A stretch of DNA of 64,000 bases from Rhodospirillales bacterium (GCA_046582495.1 JAYGEG010000067.1:13666-77665); one strand, 5' to 3'; shown: positions 47,341-57,900, numbered from the stretch's first letter. The notes: generated from the letters alone by a model not told the origin. Program-made: numbers and translations.

Positions 47341-48600
47341 ATGTTCAAGTCTCTAACTCACCCCCTACGTATGTTTGTTGTCACGGCCATGATTGCCGCT
47401 GCAATGTTATTTGCGCTACCGGCAAATGTTCAGGCCAAAAATCTAAAAATTGGTTTCAGCATGGCGTTGACCGGACCTTTGGCTGGTGCAGGTAAAGCAG
47501 CCCTCATTGCCATGAAAATCTGGAAAGACGACATCAATAAAAAAGGCGGCCTATTAGGGCGCAAAATTGAATTTGTCTATTATGATGATGCAACGTCGCC
47601 CTCCAAGGTGCCCGGCATCTATTCTAAATTGCTGAACGTCGACAAAGTTGATCTCGTGGTATCCAGTTATGGCACCAACGAAATTTCGCCGGCGATGCCG
47701 ATCATTATGCGCAAAGGCTTGGTGTTCATGTCTTTGTTTGGCTTGGCAGTGAACGACAAGTTCAACTACGACCGCTATTTCCAAATTATGCCAGCGGGTC
47801 CTATTCCAAAAGATGACTGGTCTCGTGGCTATTTCAAACTCGCCATGGAGCAAAACCCAAAACCGAAATCTATTGCTCTCCTGTCTGAAGACGCAGATTT
47901 TGCTTTGAGCGCGGTTGCCGGTGCCAGGCGCCACGCCAAACGTCTCGGCCTAAAAATTGTTTATGACAAAACATTCCCGTTCGGCTCCCCCGATGTGACC
48001 TCGGTCATGCGGGCAATTATAGCTGCCAAGGCGGATTTGATCTATATCGGATCCTATCCCGGCGGCTCGGTTGGTCTTGTCAAAGCGGCTAATGAGTTGG
48101 ATCTTAAAGCCAAAATGTTCGGCGGCGGCATGGTTGGTTTGCAATTTGCCGGCATTCAGAAAAACTTAGGACCGATGCTCAACGGCATCGTCAATTATGA
48201 TTTCTGGGTACCAGAACCAACTCTTAATTTCCCTGGCGTCAAAGAATTCCTGAAAAAATATCAGGCGGGTGCCAAGGGTAAAGGTGTTGATCCGTTTGGT
48301 CACTATCTGCCGCCTTTCGCCTATTCCTATCTCCAAATTTTGGGCGATGCGGTAACGGCAGTCGGTAGCCTCGACCAAAAGAAAATCGCCGCCTACATCC
48401 ATAAGACGACCTTCAAGACGGTGGTTGGAAATGTGAGCTTCGCCAAGAACGGCGAATGGGCAAAAACCCGCACGCTGCAGATTCAATTCCGCGATGTTAA
48501 AGCCAATGATATCGCGCAATTTAACAAGCCGGGAAAGCGGATCGTGCTTTATCCCGATAGTGTTAAATCCGGAAGTATTGTATATCCATATAAGCAGTAG
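47341..48600 (+). CDS. branched-chain amino acid-type ABC transporter substrate-binding protein (LivK/Peripla_BP_6)
   Basis: Signal peptide ending ANVQA and GFSMALTGPLAGAGK. AAGGAG RBS. Confidence 0.85.
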   Translation: MFKSLTHPLRMFVVTAMIAAAMLFALPANVQAKNLKIGFSMALTGPLAGAGKAALIAMKIWKDDINKKGGLLGRKIEFVYYDDATSPSKVPGIYSKLLNVDKVDLVVSSYGTNEISPAMPIIMRKGLVFMSLFGLAVNDKFNYDRYFQIMPAGPIPKDDWSRGYFKLAMEQNPKPKSIALLSEDADFALSAVAGARRHAKRLGLKIVYDKTFPFGSPDVTSVMRAIIAAKADLIYIGSYPGGSVGLVKAANELDLKAKMFGGGMVGLQFAGIQKNLGPMLNGIVNYDFWVPEPTLNFPGVKEFLKKYQAGAKGKGVDPFGHYLPPFAYSYLQILGDAVTAVGSLDQKKIAAYIHKTTFKTVVGNVSFAKNGEWAKTRTLQIQFRDVKANDIAQFNKPGKRIVLYPDSVKSGSIVYPYKQ

Positions 48601-48663
48601 ATAATAGCTGCAGTTTAAATATCGTATTAGTTCAACACCAAGGTAACAGGGGCCCGCATAACA

Positions 48664-49539
48664 GTGTTTACAGTTGATTTATTATTAAACGCTGTTTTTG
48701 CGGGCCTTATGCTTGGTGCGTTTTATGCGGCGGTGGCGCTCGGCTTGTCGATTGCTTTTGGCCAGCTCGACATCGTCAACATTGCGCATCCGACATTCGT
48801 TATTATGGGTTCCTTCGTTGCATACATTCTCAATGAAAATTTCGGCATTGATCCGGTTCTCATCGGCGTTGTATTTGTGCCGGTTTTTTATTTTATAGGC
48901 ACAAACCTTTACCGATTTTACTATGTTAGCTTCGAGCGCACCAGCCAGGAATCTCTCAGCGGGCTCGCCTTCTTTTTCGGCCTTATGTTCATTATCGAGG
49001 TTCTCTTGATCCTGACGTTCGGCGTTGATTACCGGCTCGTAAGTGCGCCCTATATCGGCAAGACATTGCATATTGGTGTTCTCGACCTGCCTTACAGGAT
49101 GCTGGTTCCTGCAATTGCCGCCTCCATTATGACCGGCGCAGTTGTTTTATACATGAGCAAGACGTTTATGGGAAAAGCCATACTGGCGGTTTCCCAAGAT
49201 AGCCTCGCGTTGCAGCTCATGGGCGCTAATCCCCTGAAGGTAAAACGCGTGGCCATGGGGATCGCGATTGCCTCTGCGGCTCTCGCCGGCGCGCTGTTGA
49301 TCATCATTCAACCGGTCGAGCCGTCGGTTGGCAGGCTCTATATCGGCCGAATTTTCGCCATCGTCGTTCTCGGCGGCATGGGCAGTATCAGTGGCACCTT
49401 TCTCGCCGCTATTTTAATTGGTGTGGTCGAAAGCTTCATTGCCACTTTTTATGGCCCGTCATGGGCACCGGCAGTCGGTTTCAGCATCCTTCTTTTAACC
49501 TTGGCTCTCCGGCCACAAGGAATATTTGGCAGGGCTTAA
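48664..49539 (+). CDS. branched-chain amino acid ABC transporter permease (LivH-like)
   Basis: 291-aa polytopic protein with the LivH pattern (LGGMGSISG). Confidence 0.85.
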   Translation: MFTVDLLLNAVFAGLMLGAFYAAVALGLSIAFGQLDIVNIAHPTFVIMGSFVAYILNENFGIDPVLIGVVFVPVFYFIGTNLYRFYYVSFERTSQESLSGLAFFFGLMFIIEVLLILTFGVDYRLVSAPYIGKTLHIGVLDLPYRMLVPAIAASIMTGAVVLYMSKTFMGKAILAVSQDSLALQLMGANPLKVKRVAMGIAIASAALAGALLIIIQPVEPSVGRLYIGRIFAIVVLGGMGSISGTFLAAILIGVVESFIATFYGPSWAPAVGFSILLLTLALRPQGIFGRA

Positions 49540-50492
49540 TGAAGATAGATAAATTCTGGATATCGGTCATTGTCATCCTCATCGCCGGGTTCGCCTTTAC
49601 CAAAATCGCCGACAATGAGTTTTATTTCTTTACCACCTACGTCGTCCTGCAAGGCCTGGTGATGGCGGTGGCGTGGAATATTCTGGGCGGTTTCACCGGC
49701 TACGTAAATTTTGGCAGCGCCGGGTTTTTCGCTGTTGGCGTCTATACGACAGTCGCCTTAAACAAGGCGTTCGCGCTGCCGTTACCGATTTTGATTTTGG
49801 CCGCTGGCGTTATTTGCGGGCTTTTAGGTTTGGCGGCGGGGTACCTCACCCTTCGGCTAAAAGGCGTTTATTTCGCAATCGCTACCCTGGCCACCGCGTT
49901 GGTATTCGAAACGATTATCTACAATTGGAAATATGTCGGCGGCGGTGCCGGCACCTACGTTCTTCAGCCTAAAGGCTCCTTTATTTTCGACAACTACATC
50001 GAGCTTTTATTTATGTTGATGCTCGTCATTGCCGTTGCTGCGACGGCGATCTCGCGATATCTCAGCTCATCGCGTTTAGGACAGGGTTTAACAGCGGTCC
50101 GTGACGATGAGGTCGCCGCTGAATGTATGGGTGTTCCGACGCTCAAATTGAAATTGATTTCGACGACAACGATGGGCGCTCTGATGGGCATCGCTGGGGC
50201 ACCCTTTCCATTTTTTGTGACCTTCGTCGATCCTGTTTCTGCCTTTGCATTGGTCATCGCCGTCAATGCCATCGCCATGCCGATGATTGGCGGCACGGCG
50301 GTTTGGTACGGCCCGGTGATTGGCGCGCTGCTTCTTGGCGTTGTCCAGGAAACAGCGACTGTGACCATTTCCTCCGAGCTCAATCTGCTCATTGTCGGCG
50401 TCATGCTGGTGCTGTTTATCACGCTGGCACCACGTGGCATTGTCGGCTTGGTGGAGGATTACAAAAAAAGGAAGGGCCTGAAAAATGGCTGA
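49539..50492 (+). CDS. branched-chain amino acid ABC transporter permease (LivM-like)
   Basis: MKIDKFWISVIV... TAATG overlap with the previous gene. GYVNFGSAGFFAVGVYT motif. Confidence 0.85.
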   Translation: MKIDKFWISVIVILIAGFAFTKIADNEFYFFTTYVVLQGLVMAVAWNILGGFTGYVNFGSAGFFAVGVYTTVALNKAFALPLPILILAAGVICGLLGLAAGYLTLRLKGVYFAIATLATALVFETIIYNWKYVGGGAGTYVLQPKGSFIFDNYIELLFMLMLVIAVAATAISRYLSSSRLGQGLTAVRDDEVAAECMGVPTLKLKLISTTTMGALMGIAGAPFPFFVTFVDPVSAFALVIAVNAIAMPMIGGTAVWYGPVIGALLLGVVQETATVTISSELNLLIVGVMLVLFITLAPRGIVGLVEDYKKRKGLKNG

Positions 50493-51210
50493 AACTGTCC
50501 TCGAAGTTACTGATTTAACCAAGCGCTTCGGCGGCTTTGTAGCGTTGGATTCCGTCAGCCTTCATTTAGATAAAGGTGAGCGGCTTGGATTGATCGGACC
50601 CAATGGGTCCGGAAAAACGACCATGATCAATTGCATCTCAGGCGCGCTTTTTAATGATGAAGGAAAAGTTGAATTTGAAGGCAAGGATATCACCTCCCTG
50701 CCGGCCCATAAACGCGCTCACATGGGGATTGCCCGGAGTTTTCAAATTCCAAAGCCGTTTAAAAGCATGACGGTACTGGAAAATTTATGCATCCCGCTGG
50801 AATTTGCCGCGTGGGATCGGGCGGACCACCGCCACATCAATGAACAGGCGATGGAAATTCTTGAAACGATCAAATTCGCTGATCGTGCGCACGAAAATTC
50901 AGGTAATTTGACCCAGGTAGATATGCGAAAATTGGAGCTCGCACGTGCCCTCGCAGCTAAGCCGACCTTGCTCGTATCGGATGAAGCCATGGCTGGCCTG
51001 TCCAGTTCCGAAGTCGACGAAATACTTGAAATACTGATGGGGCTGAATGAGCAAGGCGTCGCCGTCATCATGATCGAACACATCATGCGCGCGGTGATGC
51101 GGTATTCGGAGCGAATTGTCGTGCTCGACGCCGGTAAAAAAATTGCCGACGGCGCGCCCGACGACATCATCCACAATCCAGACGTGGAAAGGGCTTATTT
51201 TGGGGAATAG
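50485..51210 (+). CDS. ABC transporter ATP-binding protein (LivG-like)
   Basis: Walker A GPNGSGKTT, signature motif and Walker B LLVSDEAMAGL. Confidence 0.9.
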   Translation: MAETVLEVTDLTKRFGGFVALDSVSLHLDKGERLGLIGPNGSGKTTMINCISGALFNDEGKVEFEGKDITSLPAHKRAHMGIARSFQIPKPFKSMTVLENLCIPLEFAAWDRADHRHINEQAMEILETIKFADRAHENSGNLTQVDMRKLELARALAAKPTLLVSDEAMAGLSSSEVDEILEILMGLNEQGVAVIMIEHIMRAVMRYSERIVVLDAGKKIADGAPDDIIHNPDVERAYFGE

Positions 51211-51931
51211 CATCACCGTCAAAGATGTTGAAGCCGGCTATGGATCGGTCCACGTACTGCACGGCGTCTCGATCAATGTGAGCGATGGTGAAACCGTTGT
51301 CCTGCTCGGCTCGAATGGCAATGGAAAGTCGACGCTGATTAAATGCATTACGGGATTGGTGGAACCCTCCTCAGGCGAAATTACCGCCGAGATCGATGGT
51401 GTAACCACCAATTTGGTCGGCAAAGCCCCCGAGGAAATCGTTGATTTGGGAATCGCGCTGGTACCCGAAGGCCGGCGGTTGTTTCCTTCACTTACTGTCG
51501 AGGAGAATTTGACCCTCGGAGCCTACCGGCCTGATGCCCGCGCCAAGATCGATGAAAACCTCAAATTTGTCTTTGAGACATTTCCAAGATTGGAAGAACG
51601 GCGCAAACAATTGGCCGGCAGCATGTCTGGCGGCGAACAGCAGATGGTTGCCGTCGCCCGCGCGCTGATGTCCGATCCAAAGATTTTGCTGATTGACGAA
51701 CCATCCGTTGGTTTAGCCCCGATTCTTGTGAGCCAAATGATTGCTAAGATTAAAGAATTGAAAGAGCTTAAAAATCTAACCATTCTGATGGCCGAGCAAA
51801 ATTTCAATCAAGCCATCAAGATTGCTGATCGTGGCTATATCATTGTCCACGGACAGATTGAATTCGAAGGCAAAGACACCGCCGCTCTTGAAAATAACGA
51901 TATGATCAAACAATATTATCTCGGTGTTTAA
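51200..51931 (+). CDS. ABC transporter ATP-binding protein (LivF-like)
   Basis: Walker A GSNGNGKST, MSGGEQQM signature, LLIDEPSVGLAP. TTG start inferred at 51200. Confidence 0.85.
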   Translation: MGNSITVKDVEAGYGSVHVLHGVSINVSDGETVVLLGSNGNGKSTLIKCITGLVEPSSGEITAEIDGVTTNLVGKAPEEIVDLGIALVPEGRRLFPSLTVEENLTLGAYRPDARAKIDENLKFVFETFPRLEERRKQLAGSMSGGEQQMVAVARALMSDPKILLIDEPSVGLAPILVSQMIAKIKELKELKNLTILMAEQNFNQAIKIADRGYIIVHGQIEFEGKDTAALENNDMIKQYYLGV

Positions 51932-52090
51932 ATAAAAATTCCCCTAAGATTTACGTGCCTCATCTTGAATCATGGCCGGTTGCAGCCACAGCACCAATTA
52001 GTGCGTCGCAACAGGCATTGCACAGAACCGCTTGATTTATTAAGGTCCGCCCACTTTTAAAAACAAATGAATTTAAGGAACGAAAAGACA

Positions 52091-52726
52091 ATGATCGATT
52101 TATATACGTGGTTCACCCCAAATGGCCGCAAAGTATCTATTATGTTGGAAGAAACCGGCATCGAATACGAGGTTCATCCAATCGCCATCGGCAAAGGCGA
52201 GCAAAATGATCCTGAATTCCTGAAAATTGGCCCGAATAATAAAATTCCTGTCATTGTCGACCGTGATAGTGGTCTTTCGATCATGGAATCCGGGGCCATC
52301 CTTCAATACCTCGCCAAAAAATCCGGCCAGTTTATGCCGACCGAAGGTGATGATTATTGGAAAATGCAGGAATGGCTGATGTTCCAAATGGCGAGTGTCG
52401 GCCCGATGTTTGGTCAAGTGCACACCTTTGTGCGTTATCAGGAAGGTAAAAACGTTGAGGCCTCTGAACGCTACCTCAACGAAACCAAACGCATTTATGT
52501 TGTGATGGACAAACATCTTGCGGAGCGCGAATATTTCCTCGATTGGGGCTATTCCATCGTCGATATCGCAATTTTCCCATGGGTGGGTCGCTGTGACTGG
52601 CAAACCATTGATCTCAACGAATATGAGAACGTCAAAAAATGGTATCTCAATGTGAAAGAACGTCCAGCCGTCATTCGGGGTTGGAATGTTCCGGAAAATG
52701 ATCAACCAATGCCAATGCCGGCGTAA
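52091..52726 (+). CDS. glutathione S-transferase (YfcG/YghU-like)
   Basis: MIDLYTWFTPNGRKVSIMLEE...INPNNKIP-like block, ESGAILQYLA. Confidence 0.8.
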   Translation: MIDLYTWFTPNGRKVSIMLEETGIEYEVHPIAIGKGEQNDPEFLKIGPNNKIPVIVDRDSGLSIMESGAILQYLAKKSGQFMPTEGDDYWKMQEWLMFQMASVGPMFGQVHTFVRYQEGKNVEASERYLNETKRIYVVMDKHLAEREYFLDWGYSIVDIAIFPWVGRCDWQTIDLNEYENVKKWYLNVKERPAVIRGWNVPENDQPMPMPA

Positions 52727-52743
52727 CTCAGAGGAGATTTGTA

Positions 52744-53052
52744 ATGACTGCTTATTGGATGGCGCGTTCAAAAATAAATACGCCGGAAAATTATTCAAAA
52801 TACACGGCGTTGGTTGGCGATATTTTGAAAAAATACGGCGGCAAGCCACTGTCGAGAGGCGGCAAATTTCAAATGATGGAAGGCCCGGATTATTTCGAGC
52901 GCTTTGTTATTGTTGAATTTCCAACCTTCGAAGATGCCGTTGCCTGCTTTGAATCGGATGAATACCAAGCTGCGGCAGAACATCGTCGCGACGGTTCCGG
53001 TGAAGTTGAGACCGTCATTATGGATGCGACGGACGGCATGGGCGCAAATTAA
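52744..53052 (+). CDS. DUF1330 domain protein
   Basis: 102 aa with the typical DUF1330 pattern (YWMARSKI...EFPTFEDAVACFESDEYQ). Confidence 0.75.
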   Translation: MTAYWMARSKINTPENYSKYTALVGDILKKYGGKPLSRGGKFQMMEGPDYFERFVIVEFPTFEDAVACFESDEYQAAAEHRRDGSGEVETVIMDATDGMGAN

Positions 53053-53079
53053 TCCACCCAAAAAATCAAAATCGAACAT

Positions 53080-53114
53080 GGCGGCCCGGCTTATTTTTCG
53101 TGGCCGCCTTTTTT
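53080..53114 (+). terminator. intrinsic terminator after the DUF1330 gene
   Basis: GGCGGCC, a 15-nt loop, GGCCGCC, then TTTTTT. Confidence 0.65.
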
Positions 53115-53124
53115 GCTTAAAAGG

Positions 53125-53138
53125 TGATCAAATGATCA
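53125..53138 (+). promoter_or_regulatory. operator candidate TGATCAAATGATCA, site 1 (upstream of dctQ)
   Basis: Identical 14-mer to 57887-57900 and to the reverse complement of 63920-63933. It lies 124 nt upstream of the dctQ ATG. Confidence 0.6.
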
Positions 53139-53261
53139 TTAACGCTAGCAATATTGTGAAAACTCGTTAGAAATATAATCCTTGTTACTAATGGGATAGA
53201 TGTCTTATAGAAGACCACAGGAATAAAAATTAAAAAATACAGAGAGGTAATTGGGAGCTAC

Positions 53262-53813
53262 ATGTCTAGTGAATTACCGGCTTGGGAGGCTAAAATTGAG
53301 GGCGTCGCTGAGTCTTTTGCAAAAACGCTGAACATTATTTCAGGCGTTTGGTTGTCTTCAATCGCACTGTTAATTTTATATGATGTGATTGGCCGAGAAG
53401 CCTTTGGCATACCCTTCCACGGCACCAATGAGATTGTCTCCAATTCTGTGCTCTCCATTTTGATGCTCCAACTACCGTTAGCGATCTTGAACCGCAGCTC
53501 TTTAAGGACAACCATTCTCTACGGCAAATTGGGTCCTCGCGGCAAAAGCATCATTGAAGCTGTATCATACTTTTTTGCAGCCCTGCTATTTCTTGGTATT
53601 GGCTTTGGCGGCTGGGATAATATGATCGAGGCCTGGGACATTCTCGAACTTGAAGGATCCGGTGTTGTTGAAATTCCGGTTTATCCGATCCGCTCGTTGG
53701 TCGTCATCATTGGCTTCATCGGCTCATTTGTCTGCTCATTAATGGTCTATCACGCGCTAAAAAGACCGGAAGACTTTGCCGAGGAAGTTGCTGTTGAAGA
53801 AATGGGTGAATAA
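53262..53813 (+). CDS. dctQ: TRAP transporter small permease (DctQ family)
   Basis: 183 aa with 4 TM segments, directly upstream of dctM. Confidence 0.8.
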   Translation: MSSELPAWEAKIEGVAESFAKTLNIISGVWLSSIALLILYDVIGREAFGIPFHGTNEIVSNSVLSILMLQLPLAILNRSSLRTTILYGKLGPRGKSIIEAVSYFFAALLFLGIGFGGWDNMIEAWDILELEGSGVVEIPVYPIRSLVVIIGFIGSFVCSLMVYHALKRPEDFAEEVAVEEMGE

Positions 53814-53888
53814 CACCACTAAAAGAAATTAGGGGAGGAACAGCCGGCCATTTACTTTGACCTGATCGGGTGTCTTTAAAATAATCAC

Positions 53889-55226
53889 ATGGAATTTGAC
53901 CAAACTACAATCTTATTAGGCATGTTTGCCATTATGCTGACCGGCATATTGATTGGCATCCACATCGCCTTCGCCTTCGCGATTACCGCTCTCGTCGGCA
54001 ATATTCTGATTTTCGGTGATGGTGATTTACAAGAAGGGTTGGACATTGCTATCAACGGTCTTGGCAGTGTGGCCTATGAATATCTTCGCAGTGAAGTTTT
54101 TGCCGCCATTCCGCTGTTTATGCTGCTGGGTGACTTTGTCAATAAATCCGGCTCCGCCCGCGATCTCTATAAATTAATCAATCACTCGATGAAATTTATT
54201 CCGGGCCGCCTGGCCGTCGCGACAGTGGCTGGTAACACCGTCTTTGCCGCGGTGACAGGAGTTAGTATTGCCGCCGCCGCTGCCTTTAGCCGCATTGCCT
54301 ATCCACAAATGCGATTTCATGGCTATAACCGTCAGTTTGCCCTCGGCTCAGTTGCCGGTAGCGCCTGTCTCGGCATGATCATTCCGCCAAGTGTGTTGCT
54401 GATCGTTTGGGGCATTATTGCCGAGAAATCTATATCGCAGTTGTTCATCGCTGGTGCGATCCCGGGTTTGGTCTTGGCATCATTCTTTATGGTTTACATC
54501 ACCCTCTCCGTAACTCTTAAGCCAGAAATAGCACCAAAATTTGCAGAATCGGCAGAACAAAGTACGTTGACGGTACCCGAAATTTTCAGTGGCATCGGCA
54601 TTGGTCTGTTGATCGTATTGATTATGGGCGGCATTTGGGGCGGCTTGTTTACGCCTTCTGAAGCGGCTGGCGTTGGCGCAGCGGGTGCCATGGTGCTCGG
54701 TGTCTTAAAAGGCATGCGGGCAAAACAATTGGCCATCGCGATTGTCGATTCAGGTAAAACTGCTGCACCGATCATGTTCCTGCTTTTAACGGCAAATATG
54801 TATGCGAAGTTTATGGAAGCCGCTGGCATGTCCGAGCTGATCCGGAATACTTTTGAGCATTACAGCTTGGGCCCAACCGGCATTGTCGTTGTTATCATTT
54901 TAATCTGGTTGTTACTTGGCATGATTTTAGATTCGATCTCGATCATCTTGATCACCGTGCCGATTTTTGCTCCTTTGACGGAAGGTTTTTTCGACCCAAT
55001 TGCCTTTGCCATTTTCGGTATTCTAGTAATTGAGGCAGGCCTGTTGACCCCGCCCTTTGGACTGCTGGTTTATACGGTGAAGAGTTCGATTGACGATAAA
55101 CAGGCGACACTTTCTGAAATTTTCAAAGGCTCCATCCCCTATTGGATGCTCATGCTCGTTGTTATGTTGATGATATGGCGTTGGCCTGAAATCGCAACAT
55201 GGCTGCCCACCCTGATGTTGAGTTAG
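53889..55226 (+). CDS. dctM: TRAP transporter large permease (DctM family)
   Basis: 445-aa polytopic protein with DctM-like blocks. Confidence 0.9.
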   Translation: MEFDQTTILLGMFAIMLTGILIGIHIAFAFAITALVGNILIFGDGDLQEGLDIAINGLGSVAYEYLRSEVFAAIPLFMLLGDFVNKSGSARDLYKLINHSMKFIPGRLAVATVAGNTVFAAVTGVSIAAAAAFSRIAYPQMRFHGYNRQFALGSVAGSACLGMIIPPSVLLIVWGIIAEKSISQLFIAGAIPGLVLASFFMVYITLSVTLKPEIAPKFAESAEQSTLTVPEIFSGIGIGLLIVLIMGGIWGGLFTPSEAAGVGAAGAMVLGVLKGMRAKQLAIAIVDSGKTAAPIMFLLLTANMYAKFMEAAGMSELIRNTFEHYSLGPTGIVVVIILIWLLLGMILDSISIILITVPIFAPLTEGFFDPIAFAIFGILVIEAGLLTPPFGLLVYTVKSSIDDKQATLSEIFKGSIPYWMLMLVVMLMIWRWPEIATWLPTLMLS

Positions 55227-55333
55227 GGGCATATTTCACTATTCGAACACATTCCACGTCTATCCATTGATATTAAAAATTACCACGCTGACCCGCTGTG
55301 CTAGTGGATTTAGGGTCATAAACTTACTTTAAA

Positions 55334-56447
55334 TTGGTAGAATTTGAATTGAATACCATTATTAAAAAAGTCGGAATTCTTGGCGTATCGGTAGCGGTCG
55401 CTGCGATGGCTTTTGGATCAGTTGCAGAAGCAGCTTCCATAAAAGGCAATAAAATTACGATGCGCATTGGCTCTGGCCACCCGCCCTTCATCACTTATGT
55501 GAAAGGCGCGAGTAAGTCTTTTGTTCCAGCCGTAAAAAAACGTGTTGCCGCTGAAACAAAATACACCATCGATTTCAAAGAACACTATGCCGGTACCGTT
55601 GTTGGCGTATTTGATACCCTAGAAGGTGTACAGGACGGACGCCTCGACATTGGCGCATTTTGTGTTTGTTTTGACGATGACAAAGCGATGGCCATGAACT
55701 TGACCTACTATGTGCCTTTCCATGAGCCAAATGCGGTCAAAAACCAAAAAATATTTTTTAATCTGGTGAAAAAACATCCTTCACTCCAACAAGATTTTTC
55801 CAAGCGATACAAGCAAACGCTGATCGGTATCGGTGGTTTCAACAATTACGGCATGCTAAGCGCCTTTGACTGAAAAAAATTTGAAGATCTGAAAGGCCGC
55901 AAAATATTGGCGGCGGGACCCAACCTTTCGTGGGTTGTTGCCGGTATCCCTGTTCGTATGACCATTCCAAAATCTGCTCAACAAATGCAGACCGGTGTGG
56001 GCGAAGCGGTCATTTTGTTTCCAGACACTGATTTTAAATTGAAGCTTCATGAATCGATTAAAGGTGGCTACTACACGGTTACTGACTTTGGTGCTGTGGT
56101 TCAGATCAATTTGAACATGAACAATAAGACGCGTAAAAAATTGCCCCCAGAAGTCGTCAAAATTATTGACGAAGAAGGCGTTAAATACGGTGAAACGGTC
56201 GCTCAATGGTCTCAGAAAGACCATCAGTGGGGCCCGGATCAACTCGCCAAAGCAGGCACGAAAGTTCGCAACATTGATCCCGCCGCTAAAGTAGCGTGGG
56301 CGCAAAAATTGGCAGCCTGGCCAAACGAAAAAGCTCAAGCTGTTAAATCCAAAAAGAAAATCGACATGTCCTATGATCATGCGCGATTACATCAAAATGG
56401 TCGAAGCAGGCGGTCACAAATTTCCGATTAATTACGTTATTAAATAA
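55334..56447 (+). pseudogene. DctP-family TRAP solute-binding protein, inactivated paralogue of 56695..57792
   Basis: It is colinear with the downstream paralogue. There is an in-frame TGA at 55871-55873 where the paralogue has Trp (SAFD*KKFEDLKGRKILAAGPN). A frameshift near 56370-56378 precedes the conserved tail IMRDYIKMVEAGGHKFPINYVIK*. Confidence 0.8.
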
Positions 56448-56474
56448 TTAATCAGCAATTTTTTCGAACGCAGA

Positions 56475-56505
56475 GAGGCAACCTTAACCGGTTGCCTCTT
56501 TTTTT
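56475..56505 (+). terminator. intrinsic terminator after the dctP pseudogene
   Basis: GAGGCAACC-ttaacc-GGTTGCCTC followed by T7. Confidence 0.8.
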
Positions 56506-56694
56506 GTCTTTCACATAACCGCGAGCAACACGATATGCGCTGGTTTTTTCTTCCGTTGGACCATAATTTGTTTACCAATTGCATCAGAATCGTCTAAAGT
56601 AGTTCTTGTATGAACAACGGCTTAGCGCAAAATGACATGAGATCGTGATATTGGCCGTTTACTAATCACTAATATCCAAACAGGGAGTTTAACG

Positions 56695-57792
56695 ATGAGT
56701 AACGTACTATCTAAACTAAGCGTCATTGGCGCGGCTGCTGCCACCATTGTTGCCTTTAGTGCAACAACTCACGCAGCTTCGGTAAAAGGAAATAATATTA
56801 CGCTGCGAATTGGCTCAGGCCATCCACCGTTTATTACCTACGTGAAGGAAGTTTCGAAATACTTCGTCCCAAATGTGACAAAACGTGTCGCAGCGGAAAC
56901 CAAATATAAAATCACCTTCAAAGAGCATTATTCCGGCACCGTTGTGAACGTGTTTGATACGCTCGAAGGAACCCAAGACGGTCGCCTCGATATTGGCGCT
57001 TGGTGTGTTTGCTTTGATGACGATAAAGCCATGGCAATGAACCTTTCTTATTACGTGCCATTTGGTGAACCTAATGCCATTAAAGCAACCGCCACATTCG
57101 GCAAATTAATTCAGCAGCATCCAGACATTCAAAAAGACTATGAAAAACGCTATAAACAGAAGCTGTTGGCAGTTACTGGCTTTAACAACTATGGCCTGCT
57201 CAGTGCCTTTGATTGGAAAAAATTTGAAGACCTAAAAGGTCGTAAAATCTTAGCCGCTGGACCGAACCTTCCATGGGTGAGCGCTGGCATTCCAGTTCGT
57301 ACGACGATTCCGAAGGCTGCTCAGCAGTTACAAACAGGTGTTGGCGAAGCTATCGTGCTTTTCCCGGACACTGATTTTAAATTGAAATTGCATGAAGCCA
57401 TCGGCAAAGGCGGATTTTATACGATCACCGACTTTGGTGCAGTTGTGCAAATTTCTCTGACGATGAATTTGCGGTCGCGTAAAAAACTGCCGCCTGAAGT
57501 CGTTAAAATCATTGATGAAGAAGCAATGAAATACCAAACGCATTCTTCACAGACCTCTCAGAACGATCATCAATGGGGTCTCGATAAATTGGCAGGCGCA
57601 GGCATCACAGTTCGTAAGATTGATCCCGCCGCTAAAATTGCCTGGGCAAAAAGTTTGGCTGCATGGCCAAATTCACGGGCCCAAGCCGTATCGAAAAAGA
57701 AGAATATCGATATGGGTAAAATCATGCGCGCCTTCATGGACGCCACACGAGCCGGTGGGCACAAATTCCCGGTTGATTATGTGATTAAATAG
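56695..57792 (+). CDS. dctP: DctP-family TRAP solute-binding protein (intact copy)
   Basis: Signal peptide ...AFSATTHA, 365 aa. RIGSGHPPFITYVK...LEGTQDGRLDIG blocks. GGGAG RBS. Confidence 0.8.
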   Translation: MSNVLSKLSVIGAAAATIVAFSATTHAASVKGNNITLRIGSGHPPFITYVKEVSKYFVPNVTKRVAAETKYKITFKEHYSGTVVNVFDTLEGTQDGRLDIGAWCVCFDDDKAMAMNLSYYVPFGEPNAIKATATFGKLIQQHPDIQKDYEKRYKQKLLAVTGFNNYGLLSAFDWKKFEDLKGRKILAAGPNLPWVSAGIPVRTTIPKAAQQLQTGVGEAIVLFPDTDFKLKLHEAIGKGGFYTITDFGAVVQISLTMNLRSRKKLPPEVVKIIDEEAMKYQTHSSQTSQNDHQWGLDKLAGAGITVRKIDPAAKIAWAKSLAAWPNSRAQAVSKKKNIDMGKIMRAFMDATRAGGHKFPVDYVIK

Positions 57793-57816
57793 TCAAATCG
57801 GCGTTTGAAAACGAGA

Positions 57817-57848
57817 GAGGCAGCCTCAAAAGGCTGCCTCTTTTTTTT
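57817..57848 (+). terminator. intrinsic terminator after dctP
   Basis: GAGGCAGCC-tcaaaa-GGCTGCCTC followed by T8. It has the same architecture as the terminator at 56475. Confidence 0.8.
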
Positions 57849-57886
57849 AATGCATTCACACATTTTAATGTGTAATATAAAGTTAT

Positions 57887-57900
57887 TGATCAAATGATCA
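57887..57900 (+). promoter_or_regulatory. operator candidate TGATCAAATGATCA, site 2 (upstream of the cupin gene)
   Basis: Identical 14-mer, 37 nt upstream of the ATG at 57937. Confidence 0.6.

Noticed and set aside
55871-55873. TGA read as tryptophan (genetic code 4-like recoding), since this TGA aligns with Trp in the paralogue
   Set aside because: TGG is used for Trp throughout the window. Many well-defined genes terminate at TGA (for example topA at 23435-23437 and the ORF ending at 35600-35602). This gene also has an independent frameshift. It is a pseudogene.
57858-57871. Inverted repeat CACATT-tt-AATGTG just upstream of operator site 2
   Set aside because: It is a real 6+6 inverted repeat, but AT-rich, unique in the window, and overlapping the likely -35/-10 region. 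The evidence is insufficient to call it a second operator.
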